A program made the translations under genes and the position numbers. DNA of 54,728 bases, filler included, from Perkinsus olseni (taxonomy: Eukaryota): assembly GCA_013115125.1 (NCBI GenBank). It is 3 parts of 3 records of this genome, joined end to end, with 100 filler letters (N's around TTAATTAATTAA, not from the genome) between each part and the next. Parts side by side here need not be neighbours in the genome. Positions count along the whole stretch, not along the records: positions 1 to 18,191 come from JABANN010000620.1; positions 18,292 to 36,466 come from JABANN010000621.1; 1 more part is not named here. One strand, given 5' to 3'. Every line of letters begins with the position of its first letter. The first letter of the stretch is position 1. This document shows positions 10,991 through 24,053 of this stretch, piece after piece. The notes beneath the pieces are model-generated. The model was not told the origin of the DNA. It did no database searches and was given only the letters and a program-made list of their open reading frames with translations.

Positions 10991-11695
10991 ATGGGTTCAG
11001 GCTTCGGTAATACCACACCAATCGCAACTTTTATGATGGCATCCTCCTAGGTACCAGCTACGCTCACGACCCGAAGTGGATCGAAGACTGGATGTCCAGA
11101 AAACGCGTAGGGGTCGACCGAATGGGTAGGTCGCCGGCGGCCGCCCTCTGCTGCTCGCCCTCTGTTGGTGGTCCTCCTCAGATTGGTTCTTCCGAGCCTT
11201 CAATCGCCTCCGTCTCTATGAGCTATTCTTTAAATCTACTCCACGGTGAGATCTTACGGTGCTCCCGACCTCTTTTGTATCTTCCATGATCCAACCTCTT
11301 GTGTATCTTCCATGATCCAACCTCTTGTGTATCTTCCATGATCCAACCTCTTGTGTATCTTCCCTCCTTCTACCTCTCGAGTATCTTCCATGCTCCAACC
11401 TCTTATGTATCTTCCATGCTCCAACCTCTTATGTATCTTCCATGCTCCAACCTCTTGTGTATCTTCCATGCTCCAACCTCTCGAGTATCTTTCTCCTCCC
11501 CAGGTTCTACGCGTTCATGGTCATCGGCGGCCTTCTCGGCTCCTACTACTGGAGTCGCTTTTGGGAGCACTACTGGATCCGAGTCAACAAGGGGGTGGGC
11601 GGCGACAAACCGACTCCGCCGCAGCCTCGCTCATCCGTTCTCTTCAGCGCCTTTACAAGGACGTCCCATACGTCTACCCGCCGCAGGAAGAGTAA
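10991..11695 (+). CDS. QCR9: Cytochrome bc1 complex subunit 9, five exons
   Basis: Exons 10991-11006, 11051-11125, 11182-11245, 11504-11594 and 11648-11695 splice in frame. Product: MGSGFGTSYAHDPKW...LYELFFKSTPRFYAFMVIGGLLGSYYWSRFWEHYWIRVNKGRLYKDVPYVYPPQEE, with one TM helix and the W-x-x-VNKG-x-LYxD motif of QCR9. Confidence 0.88.
11266..11490. repeat. Tandem repeat, 26-bp unit GTATCTTCCATG(A/C)TCCAACCTCTT(G/A)T, about 8 copies, in QCR9 intron 3
   Basis: Read directly from the sequence. Confidence 0.95.
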
Positions 11696-14600
11696 TGCTA
11701 GCGGAGAGAAAAAGTGGGGGAAATTTGGTATTACTTTCGCTTTTATAACTGACACAGGTACAGCCTTCAGTTCGTCACTGATCGCATTGATGCCCAGCTG
11801 AGCAATTTTGATAATATTATTATTGATGATGATAATACACGGTTTTGGACCGGACACGGGAGGGCTTGCGTTAGTTATTCACCTTCACGCTCGCCACAGC
11901 TCGCCTCTCCTGATTGGAGAGGTTGGTGAAGTGAGGGCTATATGATAAGCCAATTTCGGAAATTTATTTTACGTGAAAAAATAAATTCTTGAATCGGTCG
12001 CGAGTTTCAGAATTGCGTCATCGAACGGGGGCTAAGACGCCAGCGGGTGATGATCGGCATTTCGGATGAGAATCTTTTTGTCCGCGTAAGACCATGATCA
12101 ACCTCGGGTGCGTGGGATGATTGGCAGGTTGGGGTCAATCCCCAGAACGTATCGCAGGCGAGGGGAACTGAGAACGGACCACTGTGGGGACTGAACGCTC
12201 CTTGCTGTTTTATCAGGGTACTTGAGCGCATGAGGGTTGGGAGTTCGGAAAGGAGCGGTATGGCTATGGGACGAATTATTCCCGGTTGATAGTGACATGG
12301 GCCTTTTTTCATAACACAATTCGCCCAACTCCTGGCACTGCTGCTGCTGCTGTTGGGTATCAGCGGCGAACTATGGAGATTCAGGACTCGGTAGTTCGGC
12401 AAGGATGGAACTCTTCGACGGCTTTGATGGCAGAAGCTGTCATCATCAGTGTTGCTGTTGTCGTGTCCCGCTTTCGACCTAGCGACAATAAGGAGCTGAG
12501 CTCACCCGGAGATGGTGACTTCCGTACGGAGGGTCCGTAGGGGAGGGGACCCGGAGGGGTCCAGCATGAATTAAAATCTGAGTTTGCTTCGATCGCTCTC
12601 GGTGTCATCAATATCGCCACAAGTTATGTCATACCTGTTATGATTCTTAACGGCTGAGCGCTTTTGGTTTCGGGATTCCCAGACTGCGATTTTGCGAAAG
12701 TGGACCGAACAAAGGCCCATCGCGGACCAGAAGTGAAAGAGCCACTTTACTCAGTGTTTGGCAAATCAACTCACAACCATCGCGCAGAGGTTGAGACTAT
12801 TAGTGTATATCAAGATCTAGAGAACTACAGTACGAGGCAGGTAGATGTGAAATGTTCCATGTCAAAAGGTTGTGACGCTCCTATGCAGGGACAGCATCCT
12901 CGTCAGACGAGGGGAAGACTGGGTTGCCCGTGTGTCATCGAAGGATTGTTACGATCCGTCCATGTTTATGCGTGCAGAGTGGTCTGGGCAACAGCCCTTT
13001 CATGAGATCCATCTCACAAACTCCCTTTGGAATTGTGTTCCACGTATGAGTAAGAAGAAGACAACAAGGATCTGTCTGCTCCTGTCGGCCAGTTTTCAGC
13101 TGCGACGGATCGATTGTTCACTTTTTCCTGGGAAAAGGACCTCCATCACGTTACTTCTCCTTTGTTGCTCATAGTCAACGCGAGGCGAGAAGGGGTGTAA
13201 AGTCTTCTACTTCTAAGCTTACTTTCTCGAGGGGAATCAGCTATGCACACATGCACAGGACGATCGGCGCATAATGAGTAACAGTAACGCATGTCATCCT
13301 TGATTCTGACGTTTCCAACGGTTGTAGTCCGGCAGGCCATTCGTCCCGCCCAACGGCAGCCATTAGGAGCCGTTCAACGGCTCCCTGATCAAACCCTGTG
13401 CCCTGATCAAACAGCCACACTTAGTGTGGGACACTGTACTGAGCTGCACGTCGAAACTCCTCGTAGCGCAACAGGGTAACTGAGTTACCGTAACTCGAAG
13501 AGTAGGATTATAATATAATCATCAGCTTGGTAGGAGGATGGACAATGAGAAGCGTGACTCCGACAACCAGGAGCCCGTTCAAGTGCTCCAATTTCCGAGT
13601 CTTAGGGACATTTCTCATAGAAACGACTTGAACACGAGGAGAATTATCTCGGGATTCGTACTAGGCAAAACATCTCGGAAATGCGACCAATCCGAGTGGT
13701 CGTACTTGAACAGACGATTACTCGGAACACGTTGACTAGGAATACTTACTGAGAAGGAAGTACTCAGACTCGGAACTCAGAAGTGTTTTGCACTTGAACG
13801 GGCTCCAGATATGCCCGTATCTCTCACGCTGCTTGTCTCTTAGCTAAATCGGACCACGGAATATTGCCTGTTATTGCAGTTCATCACCTGGTTATACTGA
13901 TACCGGCGTTGTCGAGTTGAGTCCGAATGGCACCACTCCAGACGGCAACCACTGCTGCAGTGGGACTGCAGATAATGCGAATGTGTAATTCGGCTAAGCC
14001 CACTCACACTGGCATTGTGTGGTCCACCTCCCGAGCCGAAGTTCTACTTACCCCGACTGAACACATCGCTGTCACGCTCATAAGCAAGAATAAACCAGGT
14101 TTGTGGCAAATTGCTGGCAATGTCGATAATATTGCCTCAATACCGCCAGTGATACCAGGTGATATTGGCCATTAGGGACATTGAAATTCCCGTAATCCAC
14201 GAGCTGATTGACCCATGCTTGAAGTTATTCCTTATTCACTGAGTTTGATGAGACGACGGCCATTGCTCGGCCCGAGCAAAATACATGTATCAAGAAGAAA
14301 GCGAAGCAGCAGCCGATGGCAACATGCGAACATCAAAAAATTGGGTGCTGTTTACCATCAACTACGGCACTCCCACCACACCCGGTAGGTCGTGCGAAGA
14401 AAACAAGAGGGGACGGACGTCACGTTGAAGACAGGAAATTGTACATGCTCTCCAAAGGTTGCACGCCGGACCGCTTGCCTGCGTTCGGCACTGCCGACAG
14501 CAGCGCTCCGATGCGCAATCGGATCATAGCTGATGACAATCACATCGTCTGCGACTGAGTTTATCCGGATCTCAAGTCCTGAGAAGTTCTATTGTGATAC

Positions 14601-14711
14601 AAGAGATAGAGAATGACGGCCAAAGAGATATGAAGTGGACGGAAAGTGTTCTCCAGAAGTGGAGAGGGACTCAGATTCGAAGCCTTTGAAGCGCGCAAGC
14701 GCACAGGGGCT

Positions 14712-15782
14712 TCACTGAAGAACCGCCTTGGTGAACCCGATATGAGTTTTGTTGACCGAAAAGTAGTTGCCGATGACCGCGGGCAAGCCAAGATACCAGA
14801 ACTTACCGAACTCCAAGGCTAGCACACACTGGCCATCTTTGAGTTGCCCCTTCAGAGTCCTCGGAGATATCGCCAGAGGAACCTTCCTGCCATCCAAGCC
14901 CTTCAGGAAGAAGGTGATCGATGGCAAGTAGTCAATAGCGTCACAGGCGACCTTAAAGAAGCCTGACTCCTCCTTTACCTCCACGCGCTTGATTCCAGCA
15001 CTCCGGAGCAGCTCGAGTACTGTCTGCTTGTGAGACGCCGGTATTTGTATGAAACTGGAGCCACTGGCGAAGAAAGCGGCATGGTCGTCTTTAATCTCAT
15101 CCTTACAGTCATCCCCGACGAGCACGCTGAGCATGTCGATCGCTGGTGGACCCAGGCTACTTTCCCAAGTAGAGACGTATCTCAAAAAGCCGTCCTGTTT
15201 ACTTGGGTCCTCATCACCAAATATGAGCCTTCCAGTGAGCTCGCGAGCATCAACATACAATGCATACGATTTGCTAAACCCTTTTTTGCCAAGCTGGTCC
15301 ATGAAGGGTGGGTAGTTTTTAGACTCGTAGTCCTTGAACGAGATGCCCAGAGACGCCCAAGGAGCTTTCTGGGGGGACATCATCAAGCCAAACTTGAACA
15401 CTATCTTTACCGAACCGTTAGGCATCGAAGCAGTAGCGGGGAACACCGTTATCTCTCTTCCATCGTAGAGCTTGAAGTTCGTTTGCACGCTCGGCGGGCA
15501 AGGCTGGCGGCACGAATAGCAACCATAGACGAGGTGCTGGCAGCCGCCTGGCTTGACCTTCTCGTACTCGGTCTTCGATACGAGGAACATTCGATTGGAA
15601 CCGGTTTCGACGATAGCCTTGACATACTCGAAGTAGGGCCCAAGATCAGTCAGGAGCATATTGAACTGCCTATCACCCTCGGGCTTCTTGACAAAGATGT
15701 ACTGTCCTTTCGACTGCTGACCGTGAGGTGTGACAAATAGGAGTAGGAAGCCCAAGAGAGGAAGACGACTCCTGATCATCAT
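14712..15782 (-). CDS. Secreted pepsin-like (A1) aspartic protease homologue lacking both catalytic Asp
   Basis: Signal peptide. AIVETGS and AFFASGSSFIQIP sit at the two D(T/S)G(S/T) positions. Pepsin-like motifs GRLIFG, VACDAIDYLPSITFFL and WYLGLP are present. Confidence 0.85.
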   Translation of the reverse strand: MMIRSRLPLLGFLLLFVTPHGQQSKGQYIFVKKPEGDRQFNMLLTDLGPYFEYVKAIVETGSNRMFLVSKTEYEKVKPGGCQHLVYGCYSCRQPCPPSVQTNFKLYDGREITVFPATASMPNGSVKIVFKFGLMMSPQKAPWASLGISFKDYESKNYPPFMDQLGKKGFSKSYALYVDARELTGRLIFGDEDPSKQDGFLRYVSTWESSLGPPAIDMLSVLVGDDCKDEIKDDHAAFFASGSSFIQIPASHKQTVLELLRSAGIKRVEVKEESGFFKVACDAIDYLPSITFFLKGLDGRKVPLAISPRTLKGQLKDGQCVLALEFGKFWYLGLPAVIGNYFSVNKTHIGFTKAVLQ

Positions 15783-16883
15783 TGCGAAATGTGATTAAAC
15801 TTTGGCAACAGGTACGCGCCTATATAAACCCCATACGGATAGGAACGGGAGAGCAGCAGCTGCTCAGCAGCTGGAGTGGCCTCGAGATTGTCCAAAGGCA
15901 GAAATGGCTGTACAAGAGCGTGACTGGGAATGCACGCTAATACAGGTGCCACAAAAAGCAAATGCACACAAAGAGCAAATACTCACAAGGAGTGAGTGCA
16001 CACAAAGAGTAAGTGTGGGTGGCAACCTTGGGCTTTATGGTACGCAGTAGCTGCAATGAAGGTAGTTGTTGGCTGTGGTGCACACGCACCGACCTGTAGA
16101 CATCGTTACCGACTTCGATGTTCCCGACATCTCGTTGAATTCCAGTCTCCCGATCGCGTGAGATCACGGCGTCTTCGTGCGCTGTCATGACTAACCTGTC
16201 TACCACAGAGAAGCCGTCGTTTCTTCGCGGTTTGCAATAGCGCCAGAGAGTCGCTTTTGGACGCGGCCTGCGGCCTCAGCGCTGCGGCAGGCATTCTTTT
16301 CAGGGGTCCTGACTCAGGACTCCTGAGACAGGGCAACTGGCGTCGTACATTGTTGTATATCCTCGGGCACGCAAGGGCCTCTCACTGCGAACGTCCCTCG
16401 CAAGATCAAACGAGGGGCATCCAGCTTGGAATCTAGGAAATCGGGGTCTTTAGTACCGCATATACATTCTGACGTTATATTCTTCGTTGTAGTCTTCAAT
16501 TTATAAACCTCGGGAAGTTTAGGTTACGAAATGAGATTATAGAAATAGAGTGCACCGGTGTCCCGGGACACTGTCCCCTGCATTTGCAGGGCCAGGACGC
16601 GTGCCCAGGAACTTAAAGTCCCACGAGAACGCAGAGATTCATTGAAAATCCGGATGCTAAGTCACTCAGTACGGCTGAGTCCTGTTGATTCGGGTCTGGT
16701 GTGGTAGCGTCCTCGTCGGGCCTTCGGAGGGAGCCTGACAGGACCGGCAGGTCATCGAGGGTTGACAAACTGCCTACTGATGTTACGCCAGTGCCGTCTC
16801 CCTCGGCATTGAACAGTGATTGGTTTCAGGAAGGTGGCTGTGAGGAGGTAGTTGATTATTCAATCAGAGTTAATCGTATCAAA

Positions 16884-17066
16884 ATGTTGGCCTTCTTCGT
16901 TGTGAGGATCCTGCTCGTCATGAGCGTTACCGCAGCTGTTCAAGACGGTGACATTGATCCCAAGAGCAAGGAAGAATTGCGCTCCCCCATAGTGCAGGAT
17001 GTCGCTGCTACTGGCCACCACCATTTCGATGACAACGCGGTCGTCAAGGCACCTCCTGCGACTCGT
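16884..17066 (+). CDS. Possible first exon of a small secreted protein (remainder unresolved)
   Basis: ATG followed by hydrophobic MLAFFVVRILLVMSVTAA. GTAAGT donor at 17067. Confidence 0.35.
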
Positions 17067-18191
17067 GTAAGTTCTGCCAGCATGTGGGGTTCTCCTTGGG
17101 CCCTTGCGTGACCGCTTTGTTTTTATGCAAGGCTGACTGCTCTTTATGTTGCTCCAGAAGACTGGTTGCCCTCTAGAATATGAACGATTCTGGCACCCCG
17201 CTCATCAGTTATCCGGTCAAGAGGTGCTTCTACACCATTGTTATGATTCCGATTATTGAAAGGTATTCTTATTCATTCATTTGTCGACCGTCGGTATGTT
17301 CTCCGTCGAGCGGATCATCTGCAAGCAAAACACGGTAAGGTTCAGCTGGGGAGCTTGCGTTACTTAAAGTAACTCACTTCCCGGGCTTGAATCTTATTGC
17401 ACCATTTGGGTGTCACAAACCTGGTCTATAACCATTAAGTTATATTATATAACCATTGCCATCGGCCGACTACACCGTGCTGGATGCGATGATGGTTTTT
17501 GGTAAGAACCTCGAGAAGTTCGAGTGAGTACTTCTTATGTACAAAGGGAAGAAGAAGTACCGTTGCATACGTATGGCCTCGACCACCGGCGGTGGTAGAG
17601 AAGTTCACGCGAAGTTCACTCAGTCCGAGCAGTGGCCCACCGCTGGGACTGAGTCATTTAGAGACTACGTCGTGAGCTTCTCGAGTACAAAGGGCCATCA
17701 GCTATGCTCTGCCTGTGAGGAGCGCTTCAATACTAGCAACGCCTCCGCTTTTCGTCTACCTAGGTCGTGCGTGATAGAGGCTTATGAAGTTCTGAGGTTT
17801 AAGACAGTTGAGAGGCGTAGCTACACCTTTTCAACATCTAGTTCGACAATGGAACCATCAAGTTCGCCGAGGCGAGCGAAGTTGGATTTACAAATTGTCT
17901 AATTGTGTTGTTGCCTTAAAAGGCAGTCGAGCTCCAGGGCGGGCGCGTTGGAACGGCCGTTTTTCAGACAAAACGGTTAAGTATATTAGCTTCGCGTATC
18001 CGCATAGTGCTCGTGATTAGCTTTCGTTCCATATTTGGCTTGTGATGAACGAGGAATTCTCTTCAACGAGGAATTCTAAATGCTCAACGAAGCTTCGCTG
18101 CCCGAAAACGCCAATTTTATGCCGTTTACGAAGTAGACAAGGTTAGTTGTCAGCCGTATCGGTGTCACAACGGCGTGCGGGACACGCGCGC

Positions 18192-18291
18192 NNNNNNNNN
18201 NNNNNNNNNNNNNNNNNNNNNNNNNNNNNNNNNNNTTAATTAATTAANNNNNNNNNNNNNNNNNNNNNNNNNNNNNNNNNNNNNNNNNNNN
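18192..18291. other. Artificial contig linker (N-TTAATTAATTAA-N)
   Basis: Six-frame stop cassette embedded in Ns. Confidence 0.97.
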
Positions 18292-18977
18292 TAAGTTAAC
18301 CCTCAACTTTTGGGGTATTGTGTTATTTATCAATGGTCACGCCTACTGCAAGTTCCTCTGACACTCTGGCCCGATTTTCATCGTCAAACCCTCATTTCTC
18401 GCCGGTGGGGCACCGATCAAAGTCACTCACACCGCAGTGAAACACCCTTTAGTAAGCCAACGTCTTTCACCGAACCAACTACCCAATTCTCTTAAGTAAA
18501 AAATATTTATACTTATACACTTTAACGTTGAATCCCAAGCCCAGAAGGGCTGTTGAAGGAGCCGTCGCTGTCCGTCCTCAGCGGTATCACCGGAGCACAC
18601 GTTACGGAAGAGCGATGTGCATGTGCAACGATACTCTAAACGTTGTGAATCAAGTGCTGCAAGGAAATTTTTCGAAGTTTCAGCAAATCTGAATTTTTCA
18701 GATAAAATTCTACGGCGAGAATTTCTACAGGCGGTTTCGGAAAGTTGCTCGCGCAATTTGCGCGGCGCAAACAAGGCACCGATTAATCTCCAGCATAGTG
18801 TAAAATTCGGACTCTGAATTCACCACCCGCTGAATTCCCCGACGATAAAGTCCATGATTTACAGCAGCTCGCAACTCGACCAAGGCAAGAAGGGAGAGAA
18901 TGGTACAGTGAGTCTGGTGCCGGTGTATGTACTTCTGCTGATAATAAAGGTACAGGGAGAAACAAAGCACAAGACCT

Positions 18978-21900
18978 CTACTCGGTCGCCACCCCGAAGC
19001 CTTCTTTCGCTGGCGTTGAATCATCAAAATTCTCTAGCTCAGTCGAAACCAGATATCTCTCATCAAACATCCGCCTGTGGTAATCACTGATTGCTCTCAC
19101 TACAGTTGGCAAGATACTCCTGATACACACATCAAGAGCAACACTAAGCAGTACTGAATATCGGGACATGAATGCACAGAGGTACTCTACAGAATCATCG
19201 AAGGTAGATAATAGATACACCGTGAGAACTTTGGCAACTGCCGAAGGCACTGTCGAGTGGAATAACCAAACTCTGACGGAAGGCCATAGAAGGTTGACAC
19301 AGACCTCCCGATGGAGAGGCGGGTAGAGAATACCGTGACTGTCGTACATGGTCCAGGCGACGTCCGCACGGGTGGCGATGGTTAGTATCCAAACCTGAGA
19401 GAGAATTTCCGAGAGAATCGTGGCGTCCAATAGCTCACCTTCATAGCGACTAATCCTGCTACCCAGCACGGGAAAACGAACAACTTGGTAGGGGCACTGG
19501 CAGTATTAACAACGTCCGAGGACGAGTTTGGCAGAACAAGGACACAATATAAGAGTAGACCAAGCAACAACGGCGCTATGACGAAGGTGAAGATAGTGGC
19601 TGCTAGTAAGGAGAAGAGGCTGAAGAGAAGCCTTCCTGTATTCCGCAGGAAGGATCGTATCAAATGCTGGTTATTGGCGAGCCGTGTAAGGAAGGATCGC
19701 GTCGCTGCCGGAATGCTAGACATCGCCGTCATAAGCCGCAAAATGACCTGATGAAAGTGGCCTTAAAAGGATCGGTGGTTGGTTGTTAGAGCCCACCTGG
19801 CCACCGAGCAGAGTGAGGACCACGCCCATAGGGGCAGCTTGCAGGTCATCAACGTAATGGAGAACTGACGCTGGGAGTAGAAGTCGACAAGCCCTTCTGC
19901 CCACGATCAACTGCGAGGGAGAAAGAGTAATAAGTGGAGCGAAGAAGGGTGCTGTCGAATTATAGCAGACCTTACCGGCAAGGTAGTGATCGCCACGAGA
20001 GTGCAAGTAGCCGCTAGTGATAGCAAAGACAGCAGCTTCAGCACCAGCGGTAACGTCCATTCCACCGTCGCCGGGGCACAGTCTAAGAATGGTGAGCTTA
20101 GACCAAGGCACCTGACGAGCGATATGGCGGGGAATGGGGAGCAGGGGGGACTCACTTGACGATCTTCCGGCCGAGGGATGCTAGTATAGGTGGCATCGGA
20201 GGCTTCCGGACGACCAGGGGGAAGAGAACATGGCCGCAAAGGAATTCTACTGATACAAAAAGGTAGTCCAAAGAACCTAACACGAGGAGGGCGGGAATCT
20301 TTGCGGTGCGCAGGAGTATCTTAGGCTTCCCACCAGACGTGGCGAAGGCGGATGGTGCTGCCTCTGGGTTTGCCTGAGGGCTTTCCGTTACGACCAAACG
20401 AGTTTGTAATGGTAAATATCGATGCTGGAAAGCCAAGGCCGGCAAGACACACAGAAAGACCTGAAGAATGGTGTGCATGCGTGCATACCAACTCTTGCAC
20501 GAATCATCGACTCACCAGGGCCAGTTTGTGTACTATGTAAATGAGAGAGTAGTAGAGAGCAGGGACCATGCCCTTGTTGCGGACAACCCCTCCCCTCTGT
20601 TCTCCACCTGCCTCTTCCTCGCTTCGACCGATGATATGACCGAAACATGCTACCATCGCCGGGGACTCTCTCATGGCTTCCTTGGCCTACCAACAGGCAT
20701 AGATCTACACCACCACTTCCCCTCCCCAACCCACCTGGGGCTTCAGGCACGACAACACGCCCTGCTCGGCAGCCTGAGTAATGGATATAACCAGATGCCC
20801 GACCAGCATGACCAATATTGCACCAACAACCACCGGCAGCTGACCCAGGGCTAGGGACATCAGGCTGCGCTCATTGGAGGGCTCATTGGAGGGCTCAAGC
20901 GGGTGGGTACCTGAAAATGACTGGTCTTGTCGCGCGCCACGAAATTCGACCACAGCACCTGCCGACTCCAGAGCGAGGAGAACGACACAGCCGACGGCCA
21001 AGGATGGAAGGAAACCTCCTGTGACTATAACAATACAGTACTTCAAGGCGGTCCCGACTATTGACAGAACCTGACCGCGCGCCACGAAATACAAATCAGT
21101 GGGCGGTGCGAGACGCCCTACCCTTCCAATGAAGCCTGCGCCGCCCCGAGTTGACCAGAGGTGGTACATCGCCGCCACTTGGGTGCAGAGGAGACCTCCG
21201 AAGGAGAGACAGATGAGGTCCCACGGGAACTAAGGAGGTTTCGGATCTGAGCCTGCACCTGGGACAGCCTGCTGCAACCTACATCGTCAGCTAGTGGCCT
21301 GGGATAGAGCCGTTGGGTGTCTGTGGCCGCATGATCCTGGATACGTTGGACGAACACCAAGTAAGGGTCCTCCTGAAGGTGTAGCTATGAGAAGCGCATC
21401 TCGGTCGGCAGGTGAGGAGAAGTACCGGTATGGTCGGTTGAAGGAGGGTCGGTGCTAGAGGGCACTGAGCTGCGTTCTCGATGTTGTCTATACCCGTAAC
21501 GAATGAGGTCGTACGGGAAAGTGTCGTTGCTAAAATGGCTGTTGTGATACTCGATGACGAGGAGGATGGAGACCTGCGAAGTGATGATGAAGAGATTGTA
21601 AGGCTCGAGAAGGAGTCTGGAGTACCCATTCGCTATGGGAGGGGCGTAGGCCAGGAAGGCGGGAAAGAAATGAACGTAGACAATACGGCCTGAACGAGAA
21701 TGGAACCCACGGTCATACGGGTGAGAGCAAGGAGTTATACCACCCGACCAAATGACCACGCAGCATTACCTATATAATATGGGACAACTATTAGAGCCAG
21801 CATCGCTATAGTGTTGGCGTATAACATCACAAACCACGTCGAAATCGATGGCCCCAAGCTGCCCTCCAGTCCGATGAGATCTGAACAATTCATTTGCCAC

Positions 21901-23753
21901 AAATCCACGCCCCCTCCCGGCTGCTTACTCTCGAGCCTGACTTCAATCTCCGCCTCTTCAACATTACCCGTCGTAGGCGCATCGCCACTACTGTCATCAT
22001 CATCACCACCATCATGTGCGCCACCATTGTCATCACCGTGTCCACCAGCAGCGGCATCGACAGCGGTATCCGACGTAGTTTCTGCAGTGGCCGTTGCTGC
22101 TGCAGTCGCCGCGGGCCTCTGCCGCCGTCTATGTATGACCCTGGGTCGATCATCACCAGGCTCCGTGGGCACCACCATGGGTACTGCTGCCACCCTCATG
22201 TGCAGCCACAGTTGAAGGAGGCCAAACCCGCACAAAGATATCAGTATCCCTCCACACAGTACTCCCAGCATTGGACGCCTGAAGATCATAGCTAGCCAGG
22301 GGAACTGACTGCCGCTGGACGAACTCGGGCCCAGCACGAAACCGTATCTGAGCACACAGTGACACAGATGCCAAGTCATCGTGCAAGGGGACTCCGCCCT
22401 TAGGGGAGGTGCGATATCTGTCACCGCGCCACGAGCGTCACTACATCTGAAGCCGATCAGGGAAGCCATCGATGACGCCAAAGATATCCGCCAATACCGT
22501 CATCGACATGAGTGGTAATAATACCTGAGGAACGAAGGAGCGCCATAAAATGATGAAACAGATGACTAGGGCAGCACTTTTGTCAATTTAATTTTCCCTT
22601 CGAGCAGAAAAATATACAACATTTTAACTCTTCAAAAAAGGGAGTTCCGGAAACTAATTCCTCCCGTGTTTGACGGCCACCGATATTACCAGCCATATCG
22701 TGAGGGCATAGAGTGGCCGAAAACATTTCTTGACAAAGGAAAATATCAACTTCCAAGTTTCGCTGAGGAAATATCTCACGGGAAGGTGACTTGGCGCATT
22801 GGGAGCATATCTGAACGTGAACAGCGTAATCGAAAGGTCGCCGGTTCGATTCCCTCTATTACACAACTCGAAAAGAAAATTTATGGCCGCACAGTTCGCA
22901 GCGCTGATCCTCTAAAATGAAAGTCCCATCATCGTCATCAGTACGACCCGTACCTGAGGCAGTCGACGAGAACTGGGCAACTCGCCTCGTGAATATCGCA
23001 ATGTATGGTATTACCATATGGACACTAGCTATAAATACTTTATGTGGCCACGCTGGCAAAGTAGATACTGATTTGGTACTATTACACATTTTACAATTAG
23101 TATATTTTATGACTTTATCTATTATTAAATGAAAATGATGATCAGAAAATTTTTAGGATCTCTTCTTGAGAACTTTCATATCGGTTGATACGGTGCGTCC
23201 CACACATGTCTACTCTTATCAACATACAGATGTGAAGAAAAAGATTGCCCTCAAGCTGGCCGTGGTAGTCATCCACTCCATCAAAGATATCCAATTACCG
23301 CGCGCCAAGAAATCCCTTAGTATTACGTCGCATAGCCAGCCACCTCCTCAGACATTGTTCATGTACGTAGGCTATGCTGCCTGAGCATCGGCATGGATGG
23401 TAGAGAGGGCCCTCCTCCACTCCTTGGCCACAGATACGGCACATTGCAGCATCCGAAGATTCGCTACGACCTCGCGAACGGGCTTCTTCCACCGTTTCAT
23501 TCTTCTCCTGGGTCGGATTCTGCGCCGAACTCGAGTCAACCAAAGATACTCCGTCCTGTGTCGGCTGGTCCGAGGCAGGTCGAAGAGAGGATTCGTCGAG
23601 GTCGAAAGATACGCTGCTGTCTCTAACACTGGCTATACTATCGGTCTCCACAGCGTTGGTAACGACACTCGCCGTATCTTCGACCGTCGGAATATCAGAG
23701 GCATCCGATACCGACCTCGCATGATTGGCCATTGGGGATCCATCCATCGTCAT
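18978..23753 (-). CDS. MARCH6: MARCH6/Doa10/TEB4-like RING-CH E3 ubiquitin ligase, multi-exon
   Basis: RINGv CRIC..PLYHPCRCSGSIAYVHEQCLRRW..CELCGHKFSF followed by YAPNAPSHLP. Many hydrophobic exons. Doa10-type C-terminal element MFDERYLVSTELENF before the stop at 18978. Internal exons are not all resolved. Confidence 0.9.
22811..22862 (+). pseudogene. tRNA 3'-half relic occupying a 52-nt MARCH6 intron, antisense to the gene
   Basis: TAATCGAAAGGTCGCCGGTTCGATTCC with an exact B-box at 22843-22853. Confidence 0.55.
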
Positions 23754-24053
23754 AAATATGCTACAATTCCGTGCCACAGCGAGAAGATCATCACCTTGAT
23801 GAACAGTCGCACTGAACGCAATGCAGTTTGACTAACATGACAGCTCTTTCACGTGCTGGCATGAGATGTTGCATCTCGGACGTCCTCCTTAAAGCCTTTC
23901 CTGAGCGATACAAACTTGCAAAATGGATCGATTTACACTAATCACATTCGACGCGCCGGGGCGTTGGCTAGTGGCCCACTAGTAGTGAGCAGAAGGTAGT
24001 AGAAATCTACCAACAGCTGGGGATCTTAGAGGTTAACCTGTGAGTATCCCGCT

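Noticed and set aside
11900-14600. Possible decayed genes or transposons
   Set aside because: No recognisable motif or consistent reading frame found by eye.
15030-15740. 236-aa plus-strand ORF and the many other short overlapping ORFs
   Set aside because: Antisense shadows of real genes, repeat-derived frames or ORFs with non-ATG starts.
15937-16500. Possible retrotransposon integrase C-terminal remnant (IEVGNDVY)
   Set aside because: A single short motif is not enough to call.
18236-18247. TTAATTAATTAA palindrome within Ns (also 36511-36522)
   Set aside because: Artificial six-frame-stop linker. Adjacency across it is not biological.
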